Shown: positions 1 through 12,910 of the stretch, piece by piece
How positions within the stretch are numbered: position 1 is the stretch's first letter
How the letters are laid out: the number at the start of each line of letters is the position of its first letter
Assembly (NCBI GenBank): GCA_013239625.1
Contig: MU053881.1
Location: 9,075,957 to 9,139,956 of the forward strand
Direction of reading: 5' to 3'
Length of the DNA: 64,000 nucleotides
Source of the DNA: Lama guanicoe
Lineage: Eukaryota
Notes under the pieces: generated by a model
Told to the model about the DNA's origin: nothing
The model's database searches: none
What the model saw: only the letters and a program-made list of their open reading frames with translations
Position numbers and translations under genes: made by a program

Positions 1-249
1 TGGAGTATTTTGCCAGCAGCTCTGTCTTGCAACATGCAATCTGTTTTGTTTTTCAAACAAAGTTAGTTGGAACGCTGGTGTTTCCAGGATGAAGACAGAA
101 ATTCCTCAATTAAATAACCTTCTGCAATGTGACACCGTCTGCACGCCCACCAACAAGAAGGGGTCATTTAAAGGCACTACTGCCTGCCCTTTTAGATGGT
201 CTCACAAGGAGAATCAGGGAAAAAAGCTGTCATAGAAGAATACATAACA

Positions 250-760
250 ATACGGGGTAAGTTTACAATGCGGTAAGTGAAAAAGTTTTAAAGCAGTAAG
301 TAAAATAGGATGCCATTTTTTTGGTTTCAAAATACACACTCGCAGAGGCAGTATAATAGAGTAGTTAGGAAAAGGTCACCCTGAGCCAGGCTGGCTGACG
401 GCAAATCCTGGCTCTGCCCCTCACTCTCACTGCCTTTAAAGCCTTGCTGACGTCACGTGACTTGTCCCCACCCCGGTTTCTCCAGGCCTCACGCACAATA
501 ACGTGTTTCGTTGGTGTCGCCCTTTGGAAGATTAAATGTAAAGCATTTTAAAAAGTGCCTGGCACAGAGTAAATGCTATATAAATATTATTGTTTTAACT
601 TTTTATTACATATCATTGCAAAGGAAGTCCTAGACACGTACTTCTCACAATGTTGATAGTGGTTCTTGCTAAATGCAAAGATGCCAGCTGATTTTCAAGT
701 GTTTTTTTTTTTCTTGGCTTATTTGTTTATTCTAGTATTTTCTCACACATTCAAAAAAAA
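250..760 (+). mobile_element. Old L1 (L1ME-like) 3' end remnant, interrupted by a MIR
   Basis: Degenerate L1ME-type 3' UTR words (aagtgaaaaag...gatgccatttt; aatgttgatagtggtt...tgattttc) ending in an A-rich tail. Confidence 0.4.
348..595 (+). mobile_element. MIR SINE
   Basis: aaatcctggctctgcc...gaagattaaatg...aagtgcctggcacagagtaaatgct matches the MIR 5' and 3' consensus. Confidence 0.8.
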
Positions 761-1671
761 GGAACATTTGAAAAAAAGAAGGGAGGGGACAGGGAGAGGA
801 AGAAGGAAAATTCTTGCACGTTTTGCTATACCAAATTCTGCTGCTATAAATAGTGTATAATTGGCTGGATAAAGTGGCTTAATTTTTTTGAAGGCAAACT
901 CAAAGTCCCTTGATTATTTTGAGTTTATTTTAAAATATCTTAACTAAAACATCTGTGAACTCTCAACCTAAATGGTAAGTGAACAAAATCATGGATCAAT
1001 CAATCTGACAACGGGAACAAAATGAAAACATTAAGCACACGGAGAGAGTTTCCCCTGGTATCTAAGCTGGGATATAAATGCACTCCCTTGCCTAACGCTT
1101 CCATTTCGCTCTCCCCTAATTTATGCTGACGATTGAGCTTTTTTTTGTCCTCAGAAAACAGCGGTCCCAGTAACCATGTTGTATCTGCATCATCTAAAAG
1201 AATGTACTGACAATTATACCAAATAAATTCATAGATTATATATGTGTATATGCTCTAAGTCTGTAACTAAGTCCAAAGTTACATGGGTGCCATTTTGACG
1301 GAAAGTGATTGACTTAAAGAAATTAAACTTAATTGTTTCCTGGTACCCTACAGTACACCTGAGTCAATTTTCTCCAGGTTTCTTAGACAACCTATCTCTA
1401 AGTTTCAATAGCCAAATGCCAAATGATAAGATTAAAGCAAAGATGTAACTTCCCCCATGTCTTATATATCTTTCTTGTTAACTATGCATGTTTTCAGAAA
1501 TTGGACAACAGATTTTTCAACAGGTAGGAATCTGATCATGAGACCAGGATGGTTACAAACTTCGGTTCTGTCTCTTTGCCCCAGGATCTCAGCAGGGACT
1601 GGGCAGACGGGAAGTGGAGCTTTTGAGCTGAGGGATCTCCCATGTACTGAGATGTTAGAAGCTTCATCTCT

Positions 1672-1814
1672 CTTTTTTTTATTATTATTATTATTGGGGG
1701 GGGGTAATTAGGTTTATTTGTTTATGTACTTACTTATATGGTGGTACTGGGGATTGAACCCAGGACCTCACAGATGCTAAGTATGCTCTCTACCATTGAG
1801 CTATACCCTCCCCC
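1672..1814 (-). mobile_element. tRNA-derived camelid SINE (Vic-1-like) with 16-bp TSD
   Basis: Minus strand gggggagggtatagctcaatggtagag (A box)...gggttcaatcccc (B box), AT-rich/poly(A) tail; identical TAGAAGCTTCATCTCT at 1656-1671 and 1815-1830. Confidence 0.9.
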
Positions 1815-2429
1815 TAGAAGCTTCATCTCTTGACATTCCACAGTCTTTGTCACCTAAGGCCTCAGCTCTTTTATTGACTCCAGCATCCCAGCAGAGCTAC
1901 AGCGACACATCTGTCCTATGATTTTTAATCTTAGTGGTTAGGTTGGACTATCAAGAAAATTCCAGAACGTATCTCTGAATGTCATCTCATTCCATGAGAA
2001 CGGCCCTTGTGATACTGAATGACGTTACCGTAGAAACTCATCAGGCCCCACGTATGCCGAGACCTACCTGCCCTCCTACTCTGTAAACATGTTTCTATGT
2101 TTACAGCCCCCACTCAATCAGAGTGACTGCCGTGCAGACACTGCCCGGAGCAAAAAGGCCCTCTATGTACAAACACAGCAACCTTTGGGCCGTTGGATAG
2201 ACGCCTGCAAGGAGATTAATCTTAACACGTGTGCTAAAGCTCCTTTAAACACTTAAGTTAAAGACGTGCATCATTATTCACCCAAGATAGCAGGCTCTTC
2301 CATCTCTAATCTAAAACATTAAGGATAAGGCAAGTCACAGGCTCTACGTAAAACCACCTTTTTGGCCATTAAATCATGTGCCTGCATTGCTTAAACATTT
2401 AAGGAGGGGCTGGCCTAGCCTTCTCACAT

Positions 2430-3303
2430 GCACGTACTCAGTGTGCCACCACTAATCATCAGGGAAGTGCAACTCAGAACCACAATGAGCCACCCCCTCA
2501 CATCTGTCAGAAGGGCTAGCATCAAAAAGGCAAGAAACAACCAGTGTTGGTGAGGTCGTGGAGAAAAGGGGAGCCCCGTGCACCGTCGGTGGGGATGTAA
2601 ATTGGCACAGGCACTATGGGAAACAGTACGGAGGTTCCTCAAAAAATTAAAAATAGAACTACCATACAGTCGAGTAATTCCATTTCTACATATTTATTCA
2701 AAGAAAATGAAAACACTAACTCAAAAAATATCTGCGCCCTCATGTTCATTGCAGCCTTATTTGCAACAGCCAAGACAGGGAAGCAAACTAAACTGAAGTG
2801 TCCATGGATAGATGGATGGATAAAGGAGATGTGGTGTATGCATGCAATGGAATATTATTCAGCCACGAAAAAGAATGAAATCTTGCTATTTGCGACAACA
2901 CGGGTGAACCTAGAGGGTGCCATGATAAGTAAAATAAGTGAGACAGAAAAAGTCAAATACTGTATGTTTTCATTTGTATGTGGAATCTAAAAAACAAAAC
3001 AAACAAATATAACAAAACAGAAACAGGAACAGATACACAGAACAAACTAGTGGTCCCCAGAGGGGACAAGATCAGGGAGGCGCGGTAAAGGTGAAGGGGG
3101 ATTGAGAGGTACAAACTACCAGTTATAAAATAAACATATCACAGGGACGCAAAGTATAGTGCAGGGAACATAGTCAATAATTTTATAATAAATTTGTGTG
3201 GTATGTAATCTATACAAATATTGAATCACTATGTTGTACACCTGAAACCAATATAATATAATAATAATAATAAAGTCAACTATACTTTAATTGAAAAAAA
3301 AAA
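2430..3303 (+). mobile_element. L1 (L1MA-type) 5'-truncated copy: ORF2 C-terminus remnant plus 3' UTR and poly(A)
   Basis: Frameshifted ORF2p-like peptides (RFLKKLKIELPY; MFIAALFATAK; CPWIDGWIKEMW; MEYYSATKKNEIL), typical L1 3' UTR, A tail to 3303. Confidence 0.92.
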
Positions 3304-3374
3304 CGTGTCTTTACAAAGATGTCCTTTGCCACAGGACGGGTAAGTAGATCTTGGCAAATTAATAGTAAGTGATC

Positions 3375-3590
3375 AATAAGTTCCAAGTCCTATTATGTGC
3401 CAGGCACTAGTCTGGATGCTTTAATGCATTGTTTCATTTGATCTTTGCATCAGTCATGTGATAAATAGACATTTGTTATTCCCATTTTACAGATTAGGAA
3501 GTGGAAGCTAAAAGATGGTAAGTGACTTGCTCAAGGTAATATTACTACAGGTGACCGTGTGAGATTTGAACTCAGGTTTCTTCATTCCAC
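3375..3590 (-). mobile_element. MIR SINE
   Basis: tatgtgccaggcact...cccattttacagattaggaa...aagtgacttgctcaaggt...gatttgaactcagg. Confidence 0.85.
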
Positions 3591-4499
3591 AAACTGATAC
3601 TCATCTGATTTTATAAGCTGGCAGCCAATCATAAAAACTCTTGAAAAACGTTATGGACACTCCTATCCAGCCTTAGTGCTCCATGCCCTCTGTATCCTTT
3701 CACCATTCTTTAAAAGGTAAATATATCCTATAGTTAGTAACAGGGGTACAATCACCTCTCAGACTAGCGTATACCATCATGGATTACTTACCTATCATGA
3801 ATTCCCTCTACTACAGAGTTCTTTTGATGATATTTACAATTAAACCATTATGAATTCTTCAACTTAAAAAGGCTTTAATGTATTCACAGTACTTTTGTAA
3901 GCAATGGAGCCGTAAGTGTAAGGTAGGCGTGAAAATTCTCTGAAAAAGAATCACTGATACAGCAAAGAACCGACAGCACCAACCACTGAGATACTGAAAA
4001 TGCATTTTCACCCAACAGTATTTAGAAGATCATCTCAGGGATTCCCTAGGAAAAAGTAAATTAAAGAGAGACGGTAAAAGGAGTGAGAGGGAAACAGAAT
4101 ATTGCTTGATTGCTTGCTTGATTCAAGACGGAATATAAAAACCCAGAATTACATGTATTTGGGCTATGAAAACAGGAGGACAGCTTTCACGTTGGCATGG
4201 TGGGTACGGGGGTATGCGAAAATCAAAAGAAGAGATACGTTTTAATCTTCACAGATGGTTTCATCTTTTTCCCATTAAAGTACACATTTGAGTCGCTTTT
4301 CAAAAATATAATTTTTTATATTCAACAGTACAAACATTCCACAATTCTCTTTTCAAGTTGGTTTCTGAAGATGCAAAGTTTGACAGTAATGAGAAGGAAA
4401 GCTTAACGACTGATGCCTAATAATTCCACGGCAACTTCTAGGTGTTTGTTTCTCAAACGTGACCCTGGGATGGGACCCACCAAGATAGCGCTGAGTACC

Positions 4500-4710
4500 G
4501 GTTGAGGGCTGAAGATTTAGATTTCGTAAGCTCTCATTTGGGTTCTAATTTGGCCTCTCCACTTACAAGTCCTGCATCCCTAGGCTAATGGTTTTATTGC
4601 TACATGTCTCCATCACTCTCTTCTATAATATAATGGTATTCACAGAATCTGGATATTTATTAACAGAACTTTTAAGAATTAACTGAGACAGTGTATGTGG
4701 ACACGATACT
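4500..4710 (+). mobile_element. Degenerate MIR SINE
   Basis: tgggttctaatttggcctctccacttacaag...aagaattaactgagacagtgtatgtg. Confidence 0.55.
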
Positions 4711-6374
4711 TCTGTACGACAGTTACAACAGCAACTACTAATCCTATTAATGGGAAAAGAACGTCTAGTGATGGAAGGAAATCATGTAATATCCTACCAA
4801 TAAATAGCATATAGCTTGCTTTATTTTCCCATTAAATTATTTTAACTAAATTCTTCCCATGTTTCCCACCGGGCAAGTACAGAATAATGGACAAAGTATT
4901 TGTGCTGAGGAATCCTTCCGTAACTATTACCCACGCTCTGTCTGAGGGTGCAAGATTTCTTCAGTTGTTGCAGACTCATTCTCCCAACTTGGTCACGCAC
5001 ACCCCGAATGAAATGTCAGCGCACGCCCTCATTCTTGATCACACGGGTACAGAGTGGTGCATTTTTGAGGCTGAAGGCACGGGGAATAAACTGAATGCAA
5101 AAGCCTCCTGCTCTGTGCCAGTGCTTAGACAAAAGCTACTCAGATGCTGACCTGCATAAGAATCGAGAGCCAGGAGGCATCTTTTGGAAAGACCATCAAC
5201 CAATCGGGACAAGTATTCAAGGCTGAGGCCATCTGTCTCACGCAGAAGAATCCAGTGGGTGTTAAAGAGCTCACCGGAGAGGCTTGGGTATGTACTTCAT
5301 GCTTGTTTTCATCAAAATAAATCTGAGTGTTGGTCATGGTACTGCTTGATGACTGCCCAATTGAGCTGGTGCTGGTGGTCCCCTTGCCAGCTGCAAGAGT
5401 AGACCCTCCCGTTTGTCTCACAGCCACATCCACACAAAGTGTGTGATTTGTCCTTTTCGAAAGCTTGAGAAGCCAAAGGCAAAGCACAATGGCCCCCAGG
5501 CCACCCAAGAGGCATTCCTTTTATCCAAGTACTGCATGCATTTTTAATTTAAAAATACTTCCAATTGCATTAGAATCATCATAAATATGAGTACAGTGTG
5601 GTAGGGAGTGAGGCTGGCAGGCCATTCATAGATTGATTGTTATTACAATTAGCATTATTATTATTCCATCAATTATTTCTACACTTTGGAACGTCTTCCT
5701 TCCTTCCAAATCTCTTTGCATGCTTTTGTGAGTTTCATTACAATGTCAGGTGCCCCTTTCACAGGAACATAAATTCCATGTCTGACAAATACGGTCTCCC
5801 CTATCTCCAGAAACCATTCTATCTGAGACATGGAGGAAATGACAGTGTTATTTCTAACACTGCCTGTGTTTATTCCCTCACGTAAGCCCAATTATCGGCA
5901 GCTTTTGGGATTCCATCACAGTCAACTAGATGCTTATACAACAACACACCTTCGCATTTAAAGATAAACAGAACGGGACGTTATTCTATTTCACGTGAAC
6001 AGTGTCTTCTTCTAAGAGGTTAGTGATATGAGTACAGCCAGGGAGTCAGATGATATCACAGGAACCATCTTTCCTTTGAGCAACGAAGACAAATTAATAT
6101 AAAAATGGCAGACGAGACCATGTCTAGTTTCTTGACGGTACTACCTCCAACGCTTAGTGTGGAAGAGAGACATGGTCCTGCCTATCACAGAGCCACTGGA
6201 GGAGACAGCAAATAAATATTCAGCCAAACAAATATACACAACGACTAGAGATGATGATAACTGCTATGAAAGGAACACATATAGTGGCCATTGTTATTTT
6301 CCATTTGTACAGGAAACTGTGCTAACAAGCATCCAAGACATTGAAGAGATTCAACAGCAGTAGAGTCTTGGAAC

Positions 6375-6398
6375 GTGTGTGTGTGTGTGTGTGTGTGT
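6375..6398. repeat. (GT)12 microsatellite
   Basis: Direct read. Confidence 0.95.
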
Positions 6399-6969
6399 AA
6401 TCTCTGTATACTTAATTCAAAGGTAGTTTAGAACATAGGATCAACTGAGGTTTGTTCTTGAACGTGTCCCTAGCACCTAAAATGCATCAGGCAGTGAGTT
6501 AGGCTTTAGATTTATAAACAAATGCCCGTCAAAGACTCCTGGTTTTACAGGAGATAGAGCAATGTAAGTCATTGCAATTCAGGATGACAAAGGCGTGTGT
6601 CAGACACACGCTCCGATCTCAAAGTGGCGCCGTTTCCACCTCCCGAGCACCGCCCGCACCTGTGCGGTGCTCTGCGTCTCCAGCTTCGTGCTGCCTGGGC
6701 CACCATCTTCACAGAGTTCCAGCACTGCTAGTGTCTTAGCTAGTTTCTGCCTGTCCGCCTGCTGTCTACACCTTGAGCTTTTTAAACTGTGGATCTCCTG
6801 ATGCCCCGGTGTGTAAATACATACTCAGTATATTCCTCTGACCATAACATCTTGACTGGAACTTAGAGACCTTTCCAATATCTCACCCTCTTCATTTTGA
6901 CTTTTTCTCTCTTTCCCATGACTTTTAATTTCTTTAAACCATCACTCCCTCATTTGCCTCAAATTTTTA

Positions 6970-7270
6970 AATTCCTCATTGCCTGGAAAACTCTCCCCCA
7001 ACTCTTTTGCTGAATTCCTACTTATCCTTCAGCTTTAGCCTGATTATGACTTTCTCAGGGAGTTTTCTTTTTAACCTATCCGAGTCCTCCATATATAAAT
7101 TGTATTTTTTTTCCTTAAAGCCCCTATTCATGCTTGTTTTCTCTGTAAACCTGTAAGCTGTAAAAAGGCAGGGATCATTTCTTTCATTATCATCATCCTC
7201 AGTCCTGAGTCCTGTACCCAGCATAAGACAGCTTCAACGTTGGCTGAAAGGATGGAGTGATTAATTAAAT
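6970..7270 (+). mobile_element. L2 LINE 3' end
   Basis: tgcctggaaaactctcccc...cctacttatccttcag...ctgtaagctg..aaggcagggatc...gttggctgaaaggatg. Confidence 0.7.
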
Positions 7271-7794
7271 AATCAGGCTGTAAAGCCTGTGGGAACCCTG
7301 AGAAGGAAAGTCCACCGTTGCCTTTGCAGGATACCTTCTCCAAAGCTTGTATCTTGAAGAATGATGAGCAAAAGACAAAGGCAACTCAGAGACAGCCTTC
7401 CGGTATTTAACCAGGTGGCTGTAAAATCTGTGTTCACTTAAAAATAAAGACTATCTTGGCCAATGAAAAGAGCTGACTTAAAAAAGAGCTGTTACTACGA
7501 TGAAGCATAAACCATTTACGCTGTTTATTCTAGAAGAGATCCCAGTCCACCCTGCCCCAGGTGACCCCTGCACAGAGGTTTGGCTCTTTTTTTTTTCCTA
7601 CACATAAAGATAGACATTATACTTTAGATTTTTCATCAGCGTAATCAGATTCTTTCTGCAGAATACTGATCTTGAACAAAAACCTAAACTGCTTGTAATG
7701 TTGGAGACTACCAAGGTCTGATAACACATTTCAGGAAATGAGCCAAATAAATTAATTTCTAAGATTTCCCTGTTGCATTACCCTTTCTGAAACT

Positions 7795-7840
7795 AAAAAA
7801 CAAAACAAAAAAAAAACAAACAAAAAAAACAAAACAAAAA
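7795..7840. repeat. A-rich (CAAAA)n simple repeat
   Basis: Direct read. Confidence 0.85.
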
Positions 7841-9169
7841 CTGGCATTCGGCACCAACAGAGAAAACTGGTTAGAGAAAACTGGTTAAAAGTTGACTTCT
7901 GAATAGAATGTACTGAAATTAATCATGATCACGTAACTCATAAACTGTAAATAAGTCTAATTATTTCTAATCTGAACTGGATAAAAATAATGCATATATT
8001 TTCAAAAGAAGTAAGTCTATAGGACTTGCTGATAACGTCTGAATTCGTGCCAGGATTTCTGAACTGCAAAAATGCTTTTAACAACCAGAGCTTTGAAATC
8101 TAATGAATTACCTATTTTATTTTTCTCACTTCAGTTTCACCGTATGAATGTGGAAAAATAAGTATCTTATAGCAATACAGTTTAACATGTTATTAATACT
8201 ATTTTTTCCTAGGTAGATCTTGAAGCCTGTATAAGTAGATGATAACAGGGTAGATCTTATTTTAAAGTTAGAGAGAAGTCAGAAAGGCTACAGGAAATAG
8301 TCCTGTGGCAGCTGATATGAAATTATAGGTACTTCATCAAAACCCAGCCAGCCAGAGCTACCTCATAACTCATGCTTAGAGCCTCATAATGTGATTAGAT
8401 TTTCAAGAGGATGCATTTGTGTTTTGGTTTCCTTTTAATCACTTTATGTTCAGCTTGGCTTCCAACTTTACCACTGAGTGACTACAGTCATCGTGGCGAG
8501 AAGAAAGGGACCGTCAACTTTGCCGAAGAGAAAGTTATTAAATTTTAGTTTTCCTAAAGGGAAACGTTCCCTGCAACAGTAATTGAAAAAAAATAAGATC
8601 TTTATTGACATTCTTTGAGGGGAAAATACAATATTCAACATTTAGGCTGAAGCTAGATAGGTAAAGGACATACAGATTTGAGGCAATTATACAAAGTCAG
8701 CCAAGAAAATTGGCTGTGAGAGAAGGTATCTTGTCTGCTGTTATTCTGGTCTGATTGGCAGCCAGGGTTCCTTTCTCACTTCCACTCTGTCACTCACACA
8801 CTCACTCACTCACTCCACACACATTTAAGGAATGCCTAAAAATAAGAATCACCTTCTTCCTGCAAATGAGATGCAGACTAATAGGTGGTTGGTTATGGAA
8901 CCAAAGACTAGTAAACAGAGAAGTGGCCTTCAAGGTGGCGAGAGCTGTAGCAGAAAGAGAGACTGCGGTGGGAACACAGAGGAAAGAAGAGAATGACTTC
9001 GTGGGTAGAATCCGCTTATTAGATAATTTTAGCAATCTCTAGACTCTATACCCTTGCCATCGAAGTGAAAATGGCCCTGCACTGAGTAAATAGGGATCCT
9101 TTCTTATGGCTTATTTTGAGAGACAGGACTTACCTGCTGTATGTGATAATAATAAATGTTTCATAGATT

Positions 9170-9600
9170 TTTTTTAAAACAAATACTTTTCCCTGATTAG
9201 AAGTATAATAAATGTTCACTGTACAGAACTTAGAAAATACAAAAAAAAAAAAGAAACAGAAAACTCAGCTGCAATGTCACTATTTGGAGACAGTCACCAT
9301 TTAATTTCAAAACATTTTAATCTCTTGTGTGTGTGTGTGTGTGTGTGTTAGTGTGTGCATTAAAATCTATTCTTTTACCTAACAAGAAGAGTCCTAGATA
9401 GACTACTTTGTAATCTGCCATTTTAAATTTTGTAACTTACTGCAAATACTATTCTGTATTTTAAAATAGTGTTCTATATCATGATTTTAATAGTCATATA
9501 TTATTTTATTGCATTAGTATGTCAATTTATTTAACCAATTGCTTACTGAGGAACATGTAGACAATTTCCAGTTCTTCTATGTGATCAATAACATGGCAGC
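9170..9600 (-). mobile_element. Old L1 (L1ME-like) 3' end with internal (GT)n at about 9327-9348
   Basis: aaatgttcactgtacagaacttagaaaatac...tttatttaaccaattgcttactgaggaacatgtagacaatttccag, typical antisense L1ME 3' UTR. Confidence 0.7.
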
Positions 9601-12600
9601 TTGGATCTGTTCAGTTTGGGGAAGAGAGATTAATCATTTTAATCATATTCTATTCAAATTTATCTTAAAATCTCTCATAGTATCAATAAATAGGTTTATA
9701 GTATTTTCTTTAATTATTATTATGTTTTAAATCATATTTTGTTAACTATGTGGTCCAAAAAAACCCTCAAAGTTTCCTACAGAGTGTTATGTTGAAAGGC
9801 AAAATTTAAAAAACAATGATGCTTTTTTTGGGTAGTGTATAAGAGTTGGAAAACATGAAGAAAAGAGAGAAAAGATTAGCAGACAAAATAAATGCCATCA
9901 AAATCTATAGATTTTGGCGAAGGGGAGTAAAAGTCTAGGTCTGATTTACCTACCAATCAATAGAAACAGAAAAATACTATTAGTCACACAAGTCATAATG
10001 TGTTAAAAATGAGAAAAAAGAAGTTGCTCTTTAATCTATTTATTCCAGCACTAAGTCATGAGAAATGTTCTCTTGCAAATCTTCATAAAGATCTGTGTGA
10101 TGTACTGAGTGATACCCTCAATTACATAGTCAAAGTAAGTGCCATCATTTGCTTTTGTAAAATTGTAATTTTTTAAAATAAAAGTTTACTTATTGTTAAG
10201 AACAATTGAAATGTACTGTTTAGGGAATCAATTCATGTTATATTATTCTCTTGAGATAACTGGAAACACTCTGGAATATTGTTAAACAGTGTTGGGAGTC
10301 CTCTAGGAGAGTTAATCTGGGAGCTGAATGAGAGATTTGATGACATTCCTTTGTCCTCCACATGCTGAAAGGCAGGTGGAAAAGCCTGAATAGGACACAG
10401 AGGGAAAGGCCGCTGACCGCCCAGTGCCCTTACTGTACAACATGCATACATTTAGCTGAGAGAATTACCTACAGACATCAGCTGACTCTAAGAGGTCATT
10501 TGCAGGTGTTCTGTTCTCACATAGTTTAATTAGTGTGACTTTTTCTCGATGACAAAAAGCATTAGATTCACAATAAAGGCCTAGTATAATATTAACTTTC
10601 TCAAGGGCATTTCAAGAGGGAGGGAAATGTATGTTTAATGCCGTGTAGCACTGGTTTAACAAAGGATTCAGTGGATTCCTGAAAACATATTATTCTGCAT
10701 GCATTTATGGAAAATGCATGCAGAATAAAGCTGCAGGTAGCAATCACTGCCTAAAATTTGTCATCCCAAATCTCCCTTTTCAGCTTCTGAAACTGAATCC
10801 TTTGCCATTTTCCCAGGAAGCCTTCCCTGACTGACACCCCTCAACCACGATCACTCTTCTCCTGGGGCAGACATGAATGTATGTTTTGCACTTGCCATAT
10901 TGCTATGTATACATTCGCAAGTTCACTTATTAATTTGTCAAAGTACTTTTGAGTATCAGGCATTAGAAATAAGTATGAAGTATAAATATGCTTAGTTTTC
11001 CTTTTTTTTTAAACCTAGGCTGCATATTCCAAAATAAAACAAGAACCATATCTGCTATTTTTTTTTATTTTTGAGCAATGATTTATAAAATGATTATTTA
11101 GACTGGGTAGAGAAGAATGAGTAAAGAAGGGTGTTAGTGAGATATAGATGCTTAATTTCAACAGGAAAAAATCTGGATTAAAAAGATAAAGGCTGAAGTT
11201 TTAAATGAAGATAGTAGAGATGAGAAAAATATAACCAAAGATTCATAGAATGGATGATACCTGTAACGTCTGTATTCTGGAAAAGTTGGCCACACGCGGA
11301 ATAAAAGTGCCATAAACAGACATGAGCTGTTGCAACGACAGAAGGCTTAGGTGATAGGATTTTTCCCCAAAACCAGCTCCTTGAATGTGTTTGAGATTTC
11401 ACATCGCCTGCTCCAGGTTGTTGTTAAGCATCGTACGGAACAACATAACATCAGTAAACACTCCCAAGGTTTTGAAAACCAGGCTGATCTCTGGCATTTC
11501 TATATTACCCAGGTGACCTAAGAAGTGTGCCAACCGGGATGATCGGGAAATATAAAGGGAAGAAAAGTTTCCTATAAAAGTCTTACCTGGATGTAACAAT
11601 GTTTGTCTTGTACTCTTTATATGAGGATGTGACTCTCTGACTTAACAACCACCACTGTTGATCAAATGTCAAACATGCGTTAGATCTCATTTACTCCCTT
11701 TGAGCTGGGTACTATTATTTTTTCCCATTGTACTGATAGAAATACAGTGTCTGAAACAAAACCACCAAATTCTAAGGGGCAAAACTGGGATTCTTAACCC
11801 CTTAAGAACTGTATAGGGGAAGCTAGACGGACTCTCACATAAAGTTCTTCAACTGTGTGGTTAAGAAAACATCCCAAGAGTCTGTAAACATGAGTCAACT
11901 TCTTGTTGACTCACAGCACCCCAGAGATGCCATGATTAGAGCTGGGCACAGCAGGTGACACTTAGACATAGCAATGGCAGGTAGCTGAACATTCAGACCT
12001 GGTCCTCCAAGGTGCACGTCAGCCACAAGGTACGAACATGTGCCGTGACTGTACACGGTTTTAGAAAACCAAATATTGCTAACAGAAAGTTAGGGCCACT
12101 GTTGTCTGAGCATCAAATTCCTTTCTCTCTTTTTGTGAGCCTCATGGAGCACAACTGACAGTCAAATTCTACATCCTCCAGTTTATTTAAATATCAGCAG
12201 GTGTGCAAAAGTCTTTGCAGTGTCACACCAAACAACAGGAAACAAGATACTTTATCTTCCTGATTCAAAAGAAGCGCAGGCCATTAATAAACCATGCCAA
12301 TCTCATTAGACTACAACATCGCTTTAAAAAAAAATCTCATTATATTATATTGGCATTGGGCTTACCTGGTATTTTCAGGGCACTTACATATTCCCAGGGT
12401 GATGTGTTTCTTTTTCCCTCACCGTTCATTGGACAGCACAGCAGTCTGACAGAATGGGTGTTCTCAGTGGAAGATTTACTTTCTTGCATGCGTTTTGTGA
12501 GCCAGCGAGATAGAGAATGCAAAAGTGGGAAATGCAAATTTGGAGCTGTCTGGGGTTAGAGCTTGAACAGAGCCCAACAACATAAAGATTGTGCTGTTTT

Positions 12601-12769
12601 GATAGGGAGACGTTTATAAAAGCTTCAGTGCTGACAATGTGGCCAGCTAGCACAATCTGAACTCTAGGTGTAGAGAGATTACATTTCTGTTAACTGATGC
12701 TCCTCTGGGAAAATCCCAGGTGGAGTTACTCCTGCCCCTGCCTTCATCAGTGCGGCGGCCCTTCCTGAC

Positions 12770-12910
12770 TGCTTACTAGGTGTTGCACATATTTAACTCA
12801 CTTGACCCACCCAAGAGGGAGGTTCTATTAATGGTCCCGCTTTCCAGGCCAGGAAATTGAGACACACAGAGATAATACAACTTCCTCTAGGTCACATGGA
12901 TAATTAACAA
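12770..12910 (-). mobile_element. MIR SINE fragment
   Basis: atatttaactcacttga...aggaaattgagacacacagagataatacaacttcctctaggtcaca. Confidence 0.7.

Noticed and set aside
1742..1814. tRNA-Ala-like gene on the minus strand
   Set aside because: It is the head of a SINE with tail and TSDs; the anticodon arm is degenerate
2578..2990. ORFs with L1 ORF2p C-terminal similarity
   Set aside because: Frameshifted remnants of a dead, truncated L1
11580..12430. Minus-strand splice-donor-like words (cttacctg at about 11582 and 12361; ctcaccg at about 12418)
   Set aside because: No convincing upstream acceptor with a recognisable reading frame
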